Part shown: piece by piece, positions 14,440-29,312 of the stretch
Position numbering within the stretch: position 1 is the first letter of the stretch
How the letters are laid out: the number at the start of each line of letters is the position of its first letter
Source of the DNA: Octopus bimaculoides
Taxonomy: Eukaryota
Direction: 5' to 3'
DNA length: 64,000 nucleotides
Assembly: GCF_001194135.2 (NCBI RefSeq)
Contig: NC_068985.1
Span: forward strand, 24,021,841-24,085,840
The notes under the pieces: model-generated
Database searches by the model: none
The model's input: the letters and a program-made list of their open reading frames with translations, nothing else
What the model was told of the DNA's origin: nothing
Position numbers and translations under genes: made by a program

Positions 14440-14700
14440 AGATCTGCAAGATATGGGAACTAACTGAAAAGCATTGATAAGTGATTGATTATAACGATAA
14501 ACATATATATGCCTATGAGCGGCGCAATTCTGGAACATGCTCATGTTGTTAGGAGATTTCTCACATTATATTTGTTAATATTCCTAAAAAGGCTTGCTCC
14601 TAGGAATAGCAAAGATACTACCAGAAGATTTTTGAGCAACTGATGGCGTATTGAAATCATGTGGATATCTAAGGTTACTGGTAGCAATCCGCTGCCCGCA
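14440..14700 (+). mobile_element. Very degenerate R4-like 3' remnant
   Basis: KGLLLGIAKILP at 14588-14623 resembles the R4 C-terminus (compare ALLGTARIL in the 15244 copy), followed by 3'UTR-like ctaaggttactggt. Confidence 0.35.
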
Positions 14701-15167
14701 TTAATTCTACCAGGAATAAGATCAATACTGAGTTAAGAAGATGATTGTAATGATATGCTGTAACACAAGCCAAAGAATACAGCCAGTGTGCAGAACACAT
14801 ACTGTACGAAATGACCAGCCAATTGAATAACGCAACATATACTATAAGATACAACTCTAGCACCCCAACTTACGTAGCTCGTATTCTACACACTTGTCTC
14901 CAATAATGTAGCGCATCTACACAACAAATATTCTACTCAATCATTGTCTGCCACCAATCATACAACAGGTACGAAACTCAACCCGACAGCATAACACAAC
15001 TCACAGGGCACATACTTTACATAACGGACAAAACACTAAAATAGCATCAGAAATACGAACATAAATTCCGCATTCGAAACAAAACGGAAGTAACTACATT
15101 CCCCGAGAGGAACATGAAAGAGGTGTATCTGATGATGCCATAAAAGTTTGCGTGAACCTCTTGAAAC

Positions 15168-15243
<76 letters not shown>

Positions 15244-15245
<2 letters not shown>

Positions 15246-15995
15246 GGATGCGAACACAGCATGGACAATTTCATAGGGATGTTGAAAATAAGACAGACAG
15301 AAAAAAGATAGCTATGGATGACTAAAAGTGATTTAAAACCGGAAACGGAGGCTCTAATCTGTGTTTCCCAAGCACTAAGAACAAATTACATCAAATGCAG
15401 ATAGACAACACATCAGAAAGTGATAAGTGCAGAATCTGTGGACAAAATGGTGAAACCGTATGACATATTACCAGTGAATGTATGGACTTGACAGAGCAAA
15501 AAATTGGTACGACCACAAACCCGAAGGCATCATCGAAAATGATAATGCAAAGATCCTATGGGATTTTATGATTCAGTGTGACCATGAAATAGAGAATAGG
15601 AAGCCAGACATAGTGTTAATTGAGAAAGAAAGCATACGATGCTGGATCATAGATATAGTATGCCCAGCTGACAACAAGGTATGCGGTAAGGAAGACAGAA
15701 AAGTCGATAGATATGACAGATTAACGTGGAAGGTTAAGCAGTTGTGGTCGATGAAAAAAGTGGTAGTAGTACTAATAAATGTCGGAGCCCTGGGAACAGT
15801 GAGTAAAAATCTTGAGAAGTACATGGAACAAAAAGGCGCTGCAATAAGGATGGAGCACTTGCAGAACACAGCACTGCTTGGAACTGCTCGAATACTTTGG
15901 ATGGTGCTCGAAAAATAATGGGTGTTACCTTAGTTCACTGGTAATGAACAGCTGGCACCGTAGTACATCTCCAGCGTTAGAAGATGTGCAAAGAC
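15244..15995 (+). mobile_element. 5'-truncated R4/Dong-like element: CCHC zinc knuckle, restriction-like endonuclease (RLE) and 3'UTR, flanked by (TAA)n on both sides
   Basis: QHGQFHRD; LKPETEALIC; DKCRICGQNGETV*HITSEC; KILWDFMIQCDHEIENRKPDIVLIEK..IIDIVCP (PD-(D/E)xK); VGALG; ALLGTARIL. (TAA)n at 15169-15243 and (CAA)n(TAA)n at about 16002-16095. Confidence 0.92.
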
Positions 15996-16002
15996 AATAA
16001 AT

Positions 16003-16085
<83 letters not shown>

Positions 16086-16267
16086 TAATAACAATTCCTA
16101 CAGTAGGTACAATGATCCAAAAGGATGTTAGGCAACTTCAAATTCGGTAAAGTTTGAACTTAGAACGTCAAGACGGACGAAACACCGCTAAGAATTTCAT
16201 CCGATTCTGCATACGATTCTGCCAGCTTACCATCTTAATAATAATAGTAGTAGTAGTAATGATGATG

Positions 16268-16326
<59 letters not shown>

Positions 16327-17092
16327 GTAATAATAATATTTTGCATAGAAAATAACATATAGAATAGAAGAAAGACAAGTTAAAAAACTGATTTATCGAT
16401 CTGACCTGGCCAGACACGTTCTACAATTATAAAGACGTGAATCCGAAGAAAGATACTTGAGATTTGAGGAGACTTGATGTCACCAAATCTCAAGACAACG
16501 TCCTGATAACTAATGTAGCACATGAGAATTATGATGGTAACTGTAATAATAATAATAATAATAATGTATTAGTAATAACTTTGTAAGTAGTAATTTTGTA
16601 AGAGAAATAAAAAAAGCAAAGCTTAAATTTCAGAAACATATTTATTATCATCCATACCATTATACCAAGCATACCATCAAAGCATTGGGGGGAAAAATAG
16701 AAAAAAAAAATGCAAATGAGAACAAAATATATATAACACAATGATTTTTCACCGTTTTTGCTTTAATCGTATAAAGACCCACCCCAATATCCAAGGTTAA
16801 TGTTGATCGTCTTTACTGGAAGTATAAAATATAATGACAGCAACAACACACGGAGAAGAAACAATAAGTGGTAACAAGAAAATTGATAACAACAAGAAAA
16901 ACCTCACACATGACTATATATATATATATATACACATATATATATAATCATTTTGTCAGTGAGGTTTTCTGAAAACAAATCATTATCATCAACAACAGCA
17001 ATAAGAGAGAGAATGATTACAATGATGTTGATGGTGGTGGTGGTGGTAGTGCGCGTAATGATGATGATGATAATGATGATGAATATAACAAC

Positions 17093-17748
17093 ATCGGTTT
17101 CAAGTTTTGGCACAAGGCCAGAAATTTCGGGGGCGGTGAGTGGCAAGTCGATTACATCGAACTCAATACTCAACTGGAACTTATTTTTTATCGATCTCCG
17201 GAATGATGAAAAGGAAAATCGATTTTGGCAAATTTTGAACTCAGAACGTAAAGACGGATGAAATGCCGCTAAGAATTTAACCCGGCGCGGTAACGATTCT
17301 GCTAGCTCACGACCTTACATAAATATTGTAATATTCTTTTTTTGGGGGGGGAGGGGAGGGTCAGTCGTTTAGATCAACTCCAGAACGCAACTAGTACTTA
17401 ATTTATCGACCCCCGCCGAAAGTCGACATCGGCGGAATTTGAACTCAGAACGTAAAGACGGATGAAATACCGCTAAGCATTTCGTCCGGCGTGCTAACGA
17501 TTCTGCCAGCTCACTGCCTTGTAAATATAGTAATATTTTTTTCTTTGTTGCCCACAGGGGGCTAAACGTAGAGGAGGCAAACAAGGACACAGAAAGGGAT
17601 TAAGTAGATTACATCGACCCCAGTGCGTAACTGGTACTTATTTAATCGACCCCGAAAGGATGAAAGGCAAAGTCGACCTCGGCGCAGGCGAAATACCGCT
17701 AAGCATTTCGCCCGGCGTGCTAACGATTCTGCCAGCTCGCCGCCTTAT
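17093..17748 (-). mobile_element. Three tandem minus-strand SINE family A copies (about 17093-17318, 17360-17520, 17540-17748)
   Basis: Repeated ccgctaagcatttcgcccggcgtgctaacgattctgccagctc and gaactcagaacgtaaagacgg. Confidence 0.8.
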
Positions 17749-18263
17749 GAACATAGTAATATTGCTACTACTATCGGTAGGAAGATGATGATACGCTAAT
17801 TATTGCTCTAGCACAAACAATACCATAACATTTATATGCGTTATAATGATATAATCGAAATAATGGTGCTGGTTATCTTGAAGATCTTGACAGCCAGCGT
17901 CATTATGATTATAATCATCATCATCATGATTATCATCATAATCATCATCGGCATCGTTATCATTAGCAGCGGCAGCAGTGGCTGTGGCAGCAACAGCAGC
18001 AGTAGTGGTAGCAGCAGCAGAATCTTTGTAATTCTGCAGAGCCTCAACCACTAATATCGACCAAGTCAACAGTCGTTACCAACTCAAACAAGCGCCCATA
18101 AAAACAAACCGCCGCCACCACCAACACCACCGACACCACCACCATCACTACCTCGTTTACTTTCATACTCCTTAATTATTGATGTTCCTCTGAGTTACGC
18201 GAACATCCTTCATCTCTTGCTGTTCCACCTCCCTCTTATCATCATCATCATCATCATCATCAG

Positions 18264-18306
<43 letters not shown>

Positions 18307-18717
18307 GTCATCGTCATCATCATCATCACCAACATCATCATCATCATCGACGTTTTCTCTCGTTCCATGTCAGCGTGATCATCGCCATTGTTGTCTCAAT
18401 AGTAATTTTTTTTCTAAGTTTTAATTCATGAAAAAAAAAAAAAAAAATTTCAAAAGGTAACAGCTATCACGTGATTGCCATTAACAATTATAAGCGATGA
18501 AAAAGAGAGAAACAAAAAAAACAAATCAACAACAAACAATCAAATAAATGAAAAAATAATAACAAGAACAACAACAAGAACAACAACAACAACATCAGAG
18601 TTTACTAATGAACCAAATATGTTATGATCCTTGCACCGAGTTCAGGTTCAACAACTCTTCTGTGTTTCTTCAGCAATAATCACAGTGTGCATTGATTGAC
18701 ATTCTCGACAACACAGC

Positions 18718-18765
<48 letters not shown>

Positions 18766-19260
18766 CATATAGGTATACATACGTATATGCAATAGAAAAT
18801 AAGTATTCTTAACGTTAAAGAAATGTATATATATGCTTACGGCTGCAGCATTCTTCAATGTGCGTAATGTGCGTAGATGCACCATACACACAATATGAGA
18901 AACACAGACATGTAAAATATGTACATATTTATGTATGCGTGTATGCCCCTCTCCCTCTCTCACACACTCTCTCATTCTATATATATGTGTGTGTGTGTTT
19001 GTGTGCATGTGTGTATGTGTGTGTGTGTGTGTGGATGAATAAAGTAATCTGGTAGTGTACACAATATTGCATTGGTAGTAATATTGTAAGTCAGAGGAAA
19101 TGAGAGATGCGCTCTTTAGTTTATTTTTGTATATGTACGTTCGGTAATCTTATATTAATATTCTAGAGAAAAATTCTTTCATTTTTTTCTGACTAATATT
19201 ATTATTACAGCTACCCCTCTCCACACTCACACACACATAGATATTTATATATGTGTATAT

Positions 19261-19336
<76 letters not shown>

Positions 19337-20041
19337 GCATATATATATATGTATATGTACATATACATACGTATATATGTATGTATGTATGTATAGAGCA
19401 TACACAAATGAAGGTAAATCAAATATCATACTCCATAAATTCTTCATTTATTAAGGTTACCTTTCACCTGTAGAGGATGTCACACATTCGCTAAATGACG
19501 ACTGACACTTGGCAATTATGAGAAAGAGAGATAATCTCAAGAGTTAAGATAATGAAATGATCTTACCATNNNNNNNNNNNNNNNNNNNNNNNNNNNNNNN
19601 NNNNNNNNNNNNNNNNNNNNNNNNNNNNNNNNNNNNNNNNNNNNNNNNNNNNNNNNNNNNNNNNNNNNNNNNNNNNNNNNNNNNNNNNNNNNNNNNNNNN
19701 NNNNNNNNNNNNNNNNNNNNNNNNNNNNNNNNNNNNNNNNNNNNNNACACACACATATATATATGCACACATACATACATGCATACATACATACATATAC
19801 ATGTACATACATATACATACATGCATATATACATACATATATACATACACACATACATGCATATATATTCTTATACAGACACATATTTAAGTCCTCGTCT
19901 CTTTGCATCGTGGACAGTATGTTTCGGCAAACGTTTCAACTGAGAAACCCTTCTCAAAACCTGATGACCAAGTTGAAAGGAAACTCTGAACTAAATATAT
20001 TCACTGTTTTGAACATTGTAACACATACATACATACATACA

Positions 20042-20074
<33 letters not shown>

Positions 20075-20585
20075 GTGTGTGTATGTATACATACACATAC
20101 ATACACCTGTGTATGTATATGCATGTGTGAATATATATTTGCCATTTCACTCAACGTATACCACATGGTAAATTTGTACATACTTATGCATATAATTATT
20201 TTAGTGTTACTTGTTTTGATATTTTGTTGTTTGGTGGGAGGAGTTTTGTGATAATATGTTCTTTTTTTCTTCTTTTTCACATCACAACAATAGAATTAAT
20301 TGCTTATAAAATTTAATTCATAACAATAATTTTCAAACAATTCATTAAGAACATTTTTCAAAGATCGAAACATTGGAAGTAAAACAAAACAACAAACATA
20401 AAAAGAGCAATGAAATAAATCAATAACAAAAAACTTGTTTCGTAAAATGTCTTTTGTAACTTCATCAATTTCTTTTTTTAAGTACATTGTTACTCCATAA
20501 TGACTAGTAAACGAAGGGTCCGACGATGTGTAAAAAAAAAAAGTCTTTGAAAAATAATAATAATAATAGTAATAAAATTAATAAC

Positions 20586-20631
<46 letters not shown>

Positions 20632-22671
20632 TTATAATCCTTTTAATCGTAATAAACATGATAAATGACATGCTTATTATTATAAGAATCCAGTCATAAT
20701 TACTTTAGAAGAAATGACAATGCACTTTACTCTTCGCTGAAAAGCGAGAGTTGGAAAATACTAACGAGAACAAAAGAAATATACAGTCCAAGATTTTCAA
20801 GATTTTAATAAACAGGACGAAGTCTTCTACTAAATCTTCTGAGTTTTACTTCGTGTGTGTATATATATATATATGTTTGTATGTATATATGTATGTATAT
20901 ACATATATACATACATACATANNNNNNNNNNNNNNNNNNNNATATATATATATATATATAAATATATTCTTTTTCTAATAACTGTTTCTTACGAGGCCAT
21001 CAAGCCAGACGAATTTTTAAAATTATAATTTAGAAGGTAGGTAGGTAAAAGACAAATTAATTGTAATATTCGTGCCTTTCCCAAAGCAATAGCAGTGTGA
21101 AAGGAATGAAATAAGTTCGAAAACCGACTCAAATATGGTTTCGTTTTCTGCTAGAACTTATTTCTACCTCACACTGCTCACTACTGTTATTTTTTTTTTT
21201 TTTTTCACTTTTTTCTTTTGTACGTTAGTGATCCATTTTTAAAAATTTTAATCTAATAATATTAATAACAATCCAACACCTCAGTTTCCTTGACAGTGTA
21301 GAAAGGTCTCAAATTTTGTCACTTGTTCTCTATTAGTAATTTCGTCAAATGTTGCTACAATATCTTTAGAAAGTCCTACAAATAATATAAATGTATATAC
21401 CACAAGGTCCGACTACATTTTTGTTGTTGTTTCCGTTTTATAACAAGTTTATTTTAAAGGATATTTTTTTCTCTCCATTTAATTTACTTTCCGAAGATTA
21501 ATAATCATTTAATCATTTCTTGATAATCATTTTACAAATATTAATGTTTTGTGACTTTTTTTCTCATCCATTTCGTTTTTTTTTCCCCATTTTTTCCTTC
21601 ATGCTTTTCTTTTCTGTTGCTTTAAAATGTCTTGAGGAAATATTGAGGTAAAAGAAATCTTTACCGAGTTGCTTAATTACAATAGAAATTTCATCAGAAG
21701 TATGTACTGTTCAAAATTCACGAAATCTTTCCGTGTATGTAAGTATGTAAGCACATTTGTGTGTATGTGTGTGTGTGAACTTGTGTGTATGTGCGTGTGT
21801 ACTTTATTTTCATGATTGACACAGAATTTGTTTGAGATTTGACAGCTCTCCGTCGAGGTTTCGACGTAACCTTTCAATTAGTGCTAGATTTACTTATTTT
21901 TGTTGCTGTTCATTTCTCGTTCATTGACACACAAAAACCCATTACAAACTTAGATTGAATAATGTTGTAACTCCACTATGTCCACAATTAAATTTCTGTG
22001 TGTTTGTGCATGTTTTTCGGCTGTTGTTAATGCAAAATCTTTAAGAGATTCACCAGTTTCAACATAAAGTCTACTACGATATCCTCCATTTATCTCTTTA
22101 TAATTTTACCTTTTTATCTCTTACTGAAAATGTGTCATTTTGTACAAAAACGATGTCTGAAGTATTAAGATATTCATTACAATGATTTAAATGCAGCTAT
22201 ACTTTTTGGTATTGTTTCCAGTATATATGGGTGATGACAAATGATGTTATTAGAAGTTTAAAATGGCTGAAGATACAAACATTGAAGACTTCGCATATTA
22301 TCATTATTATTCAGTGTTATTGGTCTTGCTATTGTTTCTTTATTGATTACATTTCACACAATTTCAGTAACATTCTTCATACGTCGATATTTTCCCTTTA
22401 AAAATGTATCTAGAATCATTGTAGAATTTCATATTTTTAAAATGTATCTAAGCATTTAGACCTAATGATAGACTATCGAATAAAATAAATGTCCGATGTC
22501 TCTGGATATTTATTTTATTTATTTATATACAGTAACGTTACTCTGATTCTATGATCAAATACATATATAAAATGATTAGTATTAGTATTAGAATATTAGT
22601 AGTCTTAGTAGGTTTAATATCAAGCGCGGTAGTAATAGTGGCGGTGGTGACAGAAGCATTATTATTATCAA

Positions 22672-22724
<53 letters not shown>

Positions 22725-23235
22725 ACACGATGTATTACTAAGCATCATGTTACTAGTAGTAAAGCGTGACTAACGAACAAATATTGGTAGCATAACTTGT
22801 AATGGTTGTCGAATTACTAATGCTTGTAATTGAGGTTTAAAATATTTTGTTGTTTAAAAAGCATAAACTCTGTTTTGTTAGTGATAATACTAAATATCGC
22901 CAGAACAAAAATCGGAGAAAATTGGACCAAGTAAAAAATATATTTTTAGGAAGACTCCAATTTTTGAATCATCTGCATGTGCAAAGTATCTCATAGTAGT
23001 TGTTAGTGTTGTTTTGATTATATTTTTTTTGCTTGGTTTTTCGAATTTGTAGATACTGCTGTCGTCATAAATGCTATATTTTCGTCACTGGTCCGTTAAT
23101 TGTTAATTTCTATTGCCAGTATATTACTACAGATAATACTTTGAGTATAAACCTAATGAGAAATTAGATACACACACACATACACACACACACACACAAA
23201 TATCTATATATCTGTATATACATATATATGTATAT

Positions 23236-23330
<95 letters not shown>

Positions 23331-25519
23331 NNNNNNNNNNNNNNNNNNNNNNNNNNNNNNNNNNNNNNNNNNNNNNNNNNNNNNNNNNNNNNNNNNNNNN
23401 NNNNNNNNNNNNNNNNNNNNNNNNNNNNNNNNNNNNNNNNNNNNNNNNNNNNNNNNNNNNNNNNNNNNNNNNNNNNNNNNNNNNNNNNNNNNNNNNNNNN
23501 NNNNNNNNNNNNNNNNNNNNNNNNNNNNNNNNNNNNNNNNNNNNNNNNNNNNNNNNNNNNNNNNNNNNNNNNNNNNNNNNNNNNNNNNNNNATAATGATC
23601 ATTAAAATGAGAATGTGTAGGGCAAGGAGGACGAACGTAATGAGGAGGAAAAGTAAGAGGCTGGAGAAAGAAAAAAGGGCAATAGGAAAGAAAGAAGCTT
23701 TCTCCGTAGGAAATAGCTGGACATATGATAAATCAGCAGTACCAAAAATCAAAGACGACTATACGAAATTAATTTTGATTTTTCCGTGATATTAGGAGAA
23801 TTAAAAGACTCAAGCACCGTTATTTTAATATATGGTTGTCACTATATAAAAAAATTGCTGTAGCATAATTTTATCAGGATTGCCAAGCAATTCCTACAAT
23901 AAATTAGCAAGCAGCAGTGGAAGACATAATTTTTTTTTTATATAGAGTCAACAAAATTGTTTATTGCTGCTCATACTTCTGTAATTCAGAGACATGAGAC
24001 CTCAGCACGCCAAGTTAACGAAACATCGTTACGTAAAAATAAATAAACAAATATAAATAGAATCTTTACCGATTATGGTATCTATTTTCATCTAGATGGC
24101 TAAGGAAGCGAGAATTACTTGACTCTTTACATGCTTGCTGAGCTGTGCTTGTTATATATAGATGAAGTGTTTTCATAAAAAAATGGAAATTCTTGCAGTC
24201 TCGTAAAATCTCAGTCAAAGTTTATAAATTCTTATTTCTAATCGAAACACAAGTTCATATGTTTAGAGAAAGGGGTTAAAACTCAATTGCTTGGCTGGAA
24301 CTTATGTTATGGTTCCTGAACCATAACATAAGACAAAGTCTTATGGTTCCTGAACGATAATAAGACAAAGTCAATCTCGATAGAATATGAATTCAGAACG
24401 TATTAATGAACAAATATTAAAATATTAACCGCTAACAGCTGTTTCAACATTTGCTTCAATTCGGACAGAGAATTGACAGAATCTTTAGAACATTCGATAG
24501 TTCTTCCGGCACTTTACACCTTCAAAGGAAGTCCCGCTGATGTTAACTTTACCTTTCATTCTTTCATGCTCAATGAAATAAGTACAGTCAATTACTGGTG
24601 CCGTGCTAATTGGTTAACTTCCTCCCCTCAAAATCTTTGGTCTTGTGCTTAAATCAGAAAATATTATTTATCTCTGAGCCAAGAGAAACAATTTAAATAA
24701 TAAACAACACTCTTGTTCGATGTGATTCTCTTTGCTTCAAATCTTGGCTAAAAATTCAGCAATTTATGCACATCTTCACGAAAATCACTAAAACGAAATA
24801 TGCATTGAGCCAAGGAAGAAATATCTAGAAATAACACCACAGTCAGCTCTAGTGGTGGTAGTGTTAGTATTGGTTGCAAAAAAGTTATATTACACGCAAA
24901 TACTTAAGAGCACATACATTCAATAATGAAATGTTACATGCAATTATATGATGTCGGATATAAGACTGTGAGATCGGAGTGGAATGTTTTCGCTCAAGAG
25001 TCTCTTCAATCAGAAAATGAACAGGATATAAACAACAACTGTAACGGCAATAACTAAAGCAGAAGGTTAGAGGATAGGCAGAGCTTTCTCATGTTATCTA
25101 ATAAATCCTTCTTGCATCCTTGGTCCAAAATCGCATTGATGTACCTGTAATATACAGGGATGTACACTGAAAGTACTTCTGTACTTTCAACCATTTTACT
25201 CGAACTAAAAAATAATATAACAGTATTTGTTTGCGATTTCATAGAGGTTGGATTGCTTTAGTTCATCCACAAAACCTCTGCAATAGAATTAATGACTGCA
25301 AACCACTCTATAACCTTACAAATAATCAGCATAGATAGCACAGATGTAATATCACTGTATCAATTTATATTACTAATGTTATAGAAATTTGAACGGAGAT
25401 AATTTGTGACTGTTTTGTAGTTTTTCACAGTGCCAATACTAATGAACTAAGACTCCTCTTTAAGCTTACGATAAGGAATATCTAAACAAACATTAATACA
25501 ACATGTCTTATCTCTTTAC

Positions 25520-25690
25520 AGAGATAGGTTATAGGAAGTAAAATGGAAAAGAGGAAGGGAAAATTCAAATATTAACTGGATGGATAACATCAATAAATGG
25601 ACAGGCTTAAATGCAATGAGTGCAACTTTGCAATCTAAGAAAGACCTGGATGGCAATTCTTGATAGTCAACCTGCTGGAACTTAACTATA
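25520..25690 (+). mobile_element. Degenerate RTE-clade LINE 3' end
   Basis: KRGRENSNINWMDNINKWTGL resembles the RTE C-terminal RGRP..RWMD.IKEWTGL motif. Confidence 0.45.
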
Positions 25691-28578
25691 CCGAATAGAT
25701 ATGATCTCTATTGAACTTTTAACAAGATACGATTGAGCATTTTAACCCCTTAAGCAGATGATGCTGGATTGGACAATAAATATGTATTCGCATAATTTGT
25801 AAACTGTATTATACAGTTACAGAAAGAAAAGAAGAAAGTGAAAGGCACGGCAGGTATCGAACCCAGTTCCATTATATTCACTTTCACTTAAGTTGTCTGC
25901 ATCTGCACTTAATCATATTACTTATGAGTACATAACCGTGTCAATAGACATAATACTTACAGATCGTCTTCATTATGTATTCATGAACAGTCAGTTTCTC
26001 TTTCTCTCTCTCTCTCCCCCCCCCTCTCTCTCTCTCTCGATATTTCCCTTTCTTTTAAACCATCTCCTTCTCTCTGTCTCTTGTTTCTCCCTCAATTTGC
26101 TACACTTCTACACGTGCAAACACAAATGCATACACAAATATACACGATACTTATACACACTTGTGAGTGTGTGTGAGACTGTGTTTGTATATAAACACAT
26201 ATATGCATATCATGGAGATAGACAGGCCTACAGACAGTCAGAGAGACAACCGTATAATTTAGCGTACATTCTCGAGCAAAAACACGTATCCACAAACCCG
26301 GTTAAGCTAATTGCTCGAAAGCTGTACAAGAAACAACTGCAATGAACTCTAATGAAGTTTTATTGCCAAAAGAGACTTGAAGATGAGTTTTACATACACT
26401 TACTCACACACATACACACACACTCACATTGATATATGTACATATGATTGTATGTTTTTACATATGTATATATGTGTGTATGCGGGCGCGCGCGCGCGCG
26501 CGTGTGTGTGTATTCGTATGTGAATGTTTTTATTGATACTGATACCATAATTGTCACTAAGTCAGATGCCGAAGAAACATGTTGCTTGAATTTCCCCGTC
26601 TAATGTCTTTTAATCACGCAGTCAGCTGTAGTTTGATGTCGACAAAACAAAACACTGGCAGTATTAAATGTTGGTAGCTTGGTTGATAAAGCTATCGGTG
26701 TTTCGTTGTTGCTATTGGTCTTGTTAGCCATATCCTTGTTTATCATAGTAATTAGTAATATCGATTGTTGTTTCATGTAATAAATGAAATAATAATAAAC
26801 GAATACAGGATAAATGTGACTTTTGGGATTTTACTCGTAGATACACGTATAACATTTTTAGCTGCTTAACTTTGGCGACTTCATACAACTTATATATTTT
26901 GTGTGCATAGTTTCGATGGACGAAATACAAGTCCCAAACTATATGCAATCTTTCCTATTAGCAATAAATTTCTATTCACATATTCCGTTGGGACGTGGAA
27001 GAAAACCTTCACGATTCCTCTATCGTGCACTCAACTTTGCGGAGTCCATTCATGTCTAGGTGGCACACATCAAGGAATTTTATCGCAACATTGTAAACTG
27101 AAGAAAAACTCGTGATTTAAATTGTACTATTAGTGCTTACATAGTTGAGGTTTTGCAACACTGTATCATACACGCATACATACTCAGACATATATGTAAC
27201 AATATTATTGTCATGTGTATAAGTATGTACATATATTGTGTGTTTTGTATGATGTATGTATATCTATTTCAACGAAGTTGAATTGGCTGTTTGTTAGTTA
27301 AGTGTCCTGGCTATACATACAGCATTAAGTTGTTGCCTAAATACCAACTACTGTCCTTGCAGCAACATAGTCATCCTAGACGTTCTTGTTAAATTATTAC
27401 ATTATGCTATAAAGAACAAACTTCCTTCCTGGATCATATAAACTGATAGAACCGATTTCCCGGTTTCTGTGGAGTATATATAATCTCCGCTGGACGGGAC
27501 GCCAGTCTGTCGCAGGATTACTCATTTTTCACAGTTAATTTGACTGGAGCAACGTGAAATAAAATGCTGCGATCAAGAACATAACGCATCACCCGGTCCA
27601 GAAATCGAAACCACAATTTTACGATTCTGAGTTCAGCAACCTGACCACTAAGCCACGCATCTCCACACTATACAATGTTTTATACCAAATACAATGCACT
27701 TCTTCAATCGCAGAAATAACACCAAGAAGCTAAAAGGTTTGGAAACCGAGTAGAGTAAAATGTAATATTCTCATGTGTTCTATGAAAGATATAAATGTAG
27801 AAAATAAATGCAAATGTAAAAAATATGTAAGCGCAGTATTTTCTACAACCATTTTGGATGGTTTAGTCACGACTGAGGACTTTGAAATCCAGCTCTTGTT
27901 AAAAGCAAGTCAGTCTGGTGTATCCCATATTTCGCCCAATTGTTGATTACGAATGAACTCACTGACGTATGAGATGTAAGAGAAGTGTGGCGATTTCAAC
28001 TAGAAATTGAAGTTTAACACCAGACTCGCTTCTATGAATACTATATTCCTATTTTACAGTGATGTCATGATATAGGTATTCTACCTTACCATGCATTAGA
28101 CACTATCGTCAAAATCCTCGTTGTTGTTCTCTTGGTTATTAATTTCCTTCATTCTACTTTCTCCTCCTCTTCAATACCACCACCGTCACCACCACTGCCG
28201 CCACCACCACCACCATTACCACCACCGCTACCACCACAATTACTGCCACCACTACCAACACCATCTTTCATATATGTATGGTAACCTACTATTTACGTTA
28301 GTAATCTCTCATTTTTTCTTAGGGCGTTTCAATGAAGTTTCAGATGGTTGATGTGAAGTGGTAGTTTGATACAGAATATCAACGCAGAAATCATTATTAC
28401 TATTATTTTGGTTTGTCTCAGGTTCGGTCTTATTCCTGATAGGGATTCTGTGGAAAGCAGGTTACTACCTGTGACCTTAAGTATCCACAAGTTTCAGCAG
28501 TCTTTCAAATGCTTAGGACACTCCCAATAATCTTTACTGTCCCTAATAAACAAATCATTATTATCATTATCATCATCA

Positions 28579-28621
<43 letters not shown>

Positions 28622-28757
28622 TATTATTATTGTTGTTGTTGCCAACATGGCAGTAGTTTACGTTTAATTCGCTGTTAATCTCATGCATTCTAATGTAGTT
28701 ACCTTAACATGTTAGGAAGTGGTTCACCTCAACATTTGATACTGTTACCATATTTGT

Positions 28758-28763
28758 TTTATT
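28758..28763 (-). terminator. Candidate polyadenylation signal (AATAAA) for VAChT
   Basis: First AATAAA I found on the minus strand after the stop (about 550 nt downstream), followed by a CA and a GT-rich stretch (tgttgaggtg). The region is AT-rich, so this could be chance. Confidence 0.3.
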
Positions 28764-29312
28764 AAATTCCAGGACGAATAAACCGGTATTTATGTTAAAT
28801 CAATTATAATTTAACTGTATTTCCACAGATAATCAGATATCTATATTACCTTTGTTTGTGATAAATTTGCTGCACCATTTTAAAATTAGTCCTATTTAAA
28901 AACTGTTGTATTGCATCTACGTGACGTTAAAAGCCTCAATTTAATAATGCATTGCTGAGGAAATGTTACTGAAAATCTGATGTGAAATGCAAATAGATAT
29001 CTTTAAGTATTATTAAAATCTGATTCAATAACATGCGCACTAAATACCTGCCTTTATACATGTTACTCCTATTCAAATTCAGCAGTTTGTTTTTTCTCTA
29101 ATGTTCAAGTATGATGAATATTGTTCTGTCACGTTTAGCTCTAAGATAGTTATAATATTTTACTTATACATATATGTAAACCTGTTCCTATCTATATATA
29201 TACATATATATAAATGAATGTCATCATATCTATGGCTGCTTATGTGTGTATATGAATGTATGCATTTGTATATTGATATATACGTACATGTCTGTGCACG
29301 TATGCATCGATT

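Noticed and set aside
25845-25890. tRNA-like T-arm (GGTTCGATACC on the minus strand)
   Set aside because: No complete cloverleaf. It is a SINE-head remnant, not a tRNA gene.
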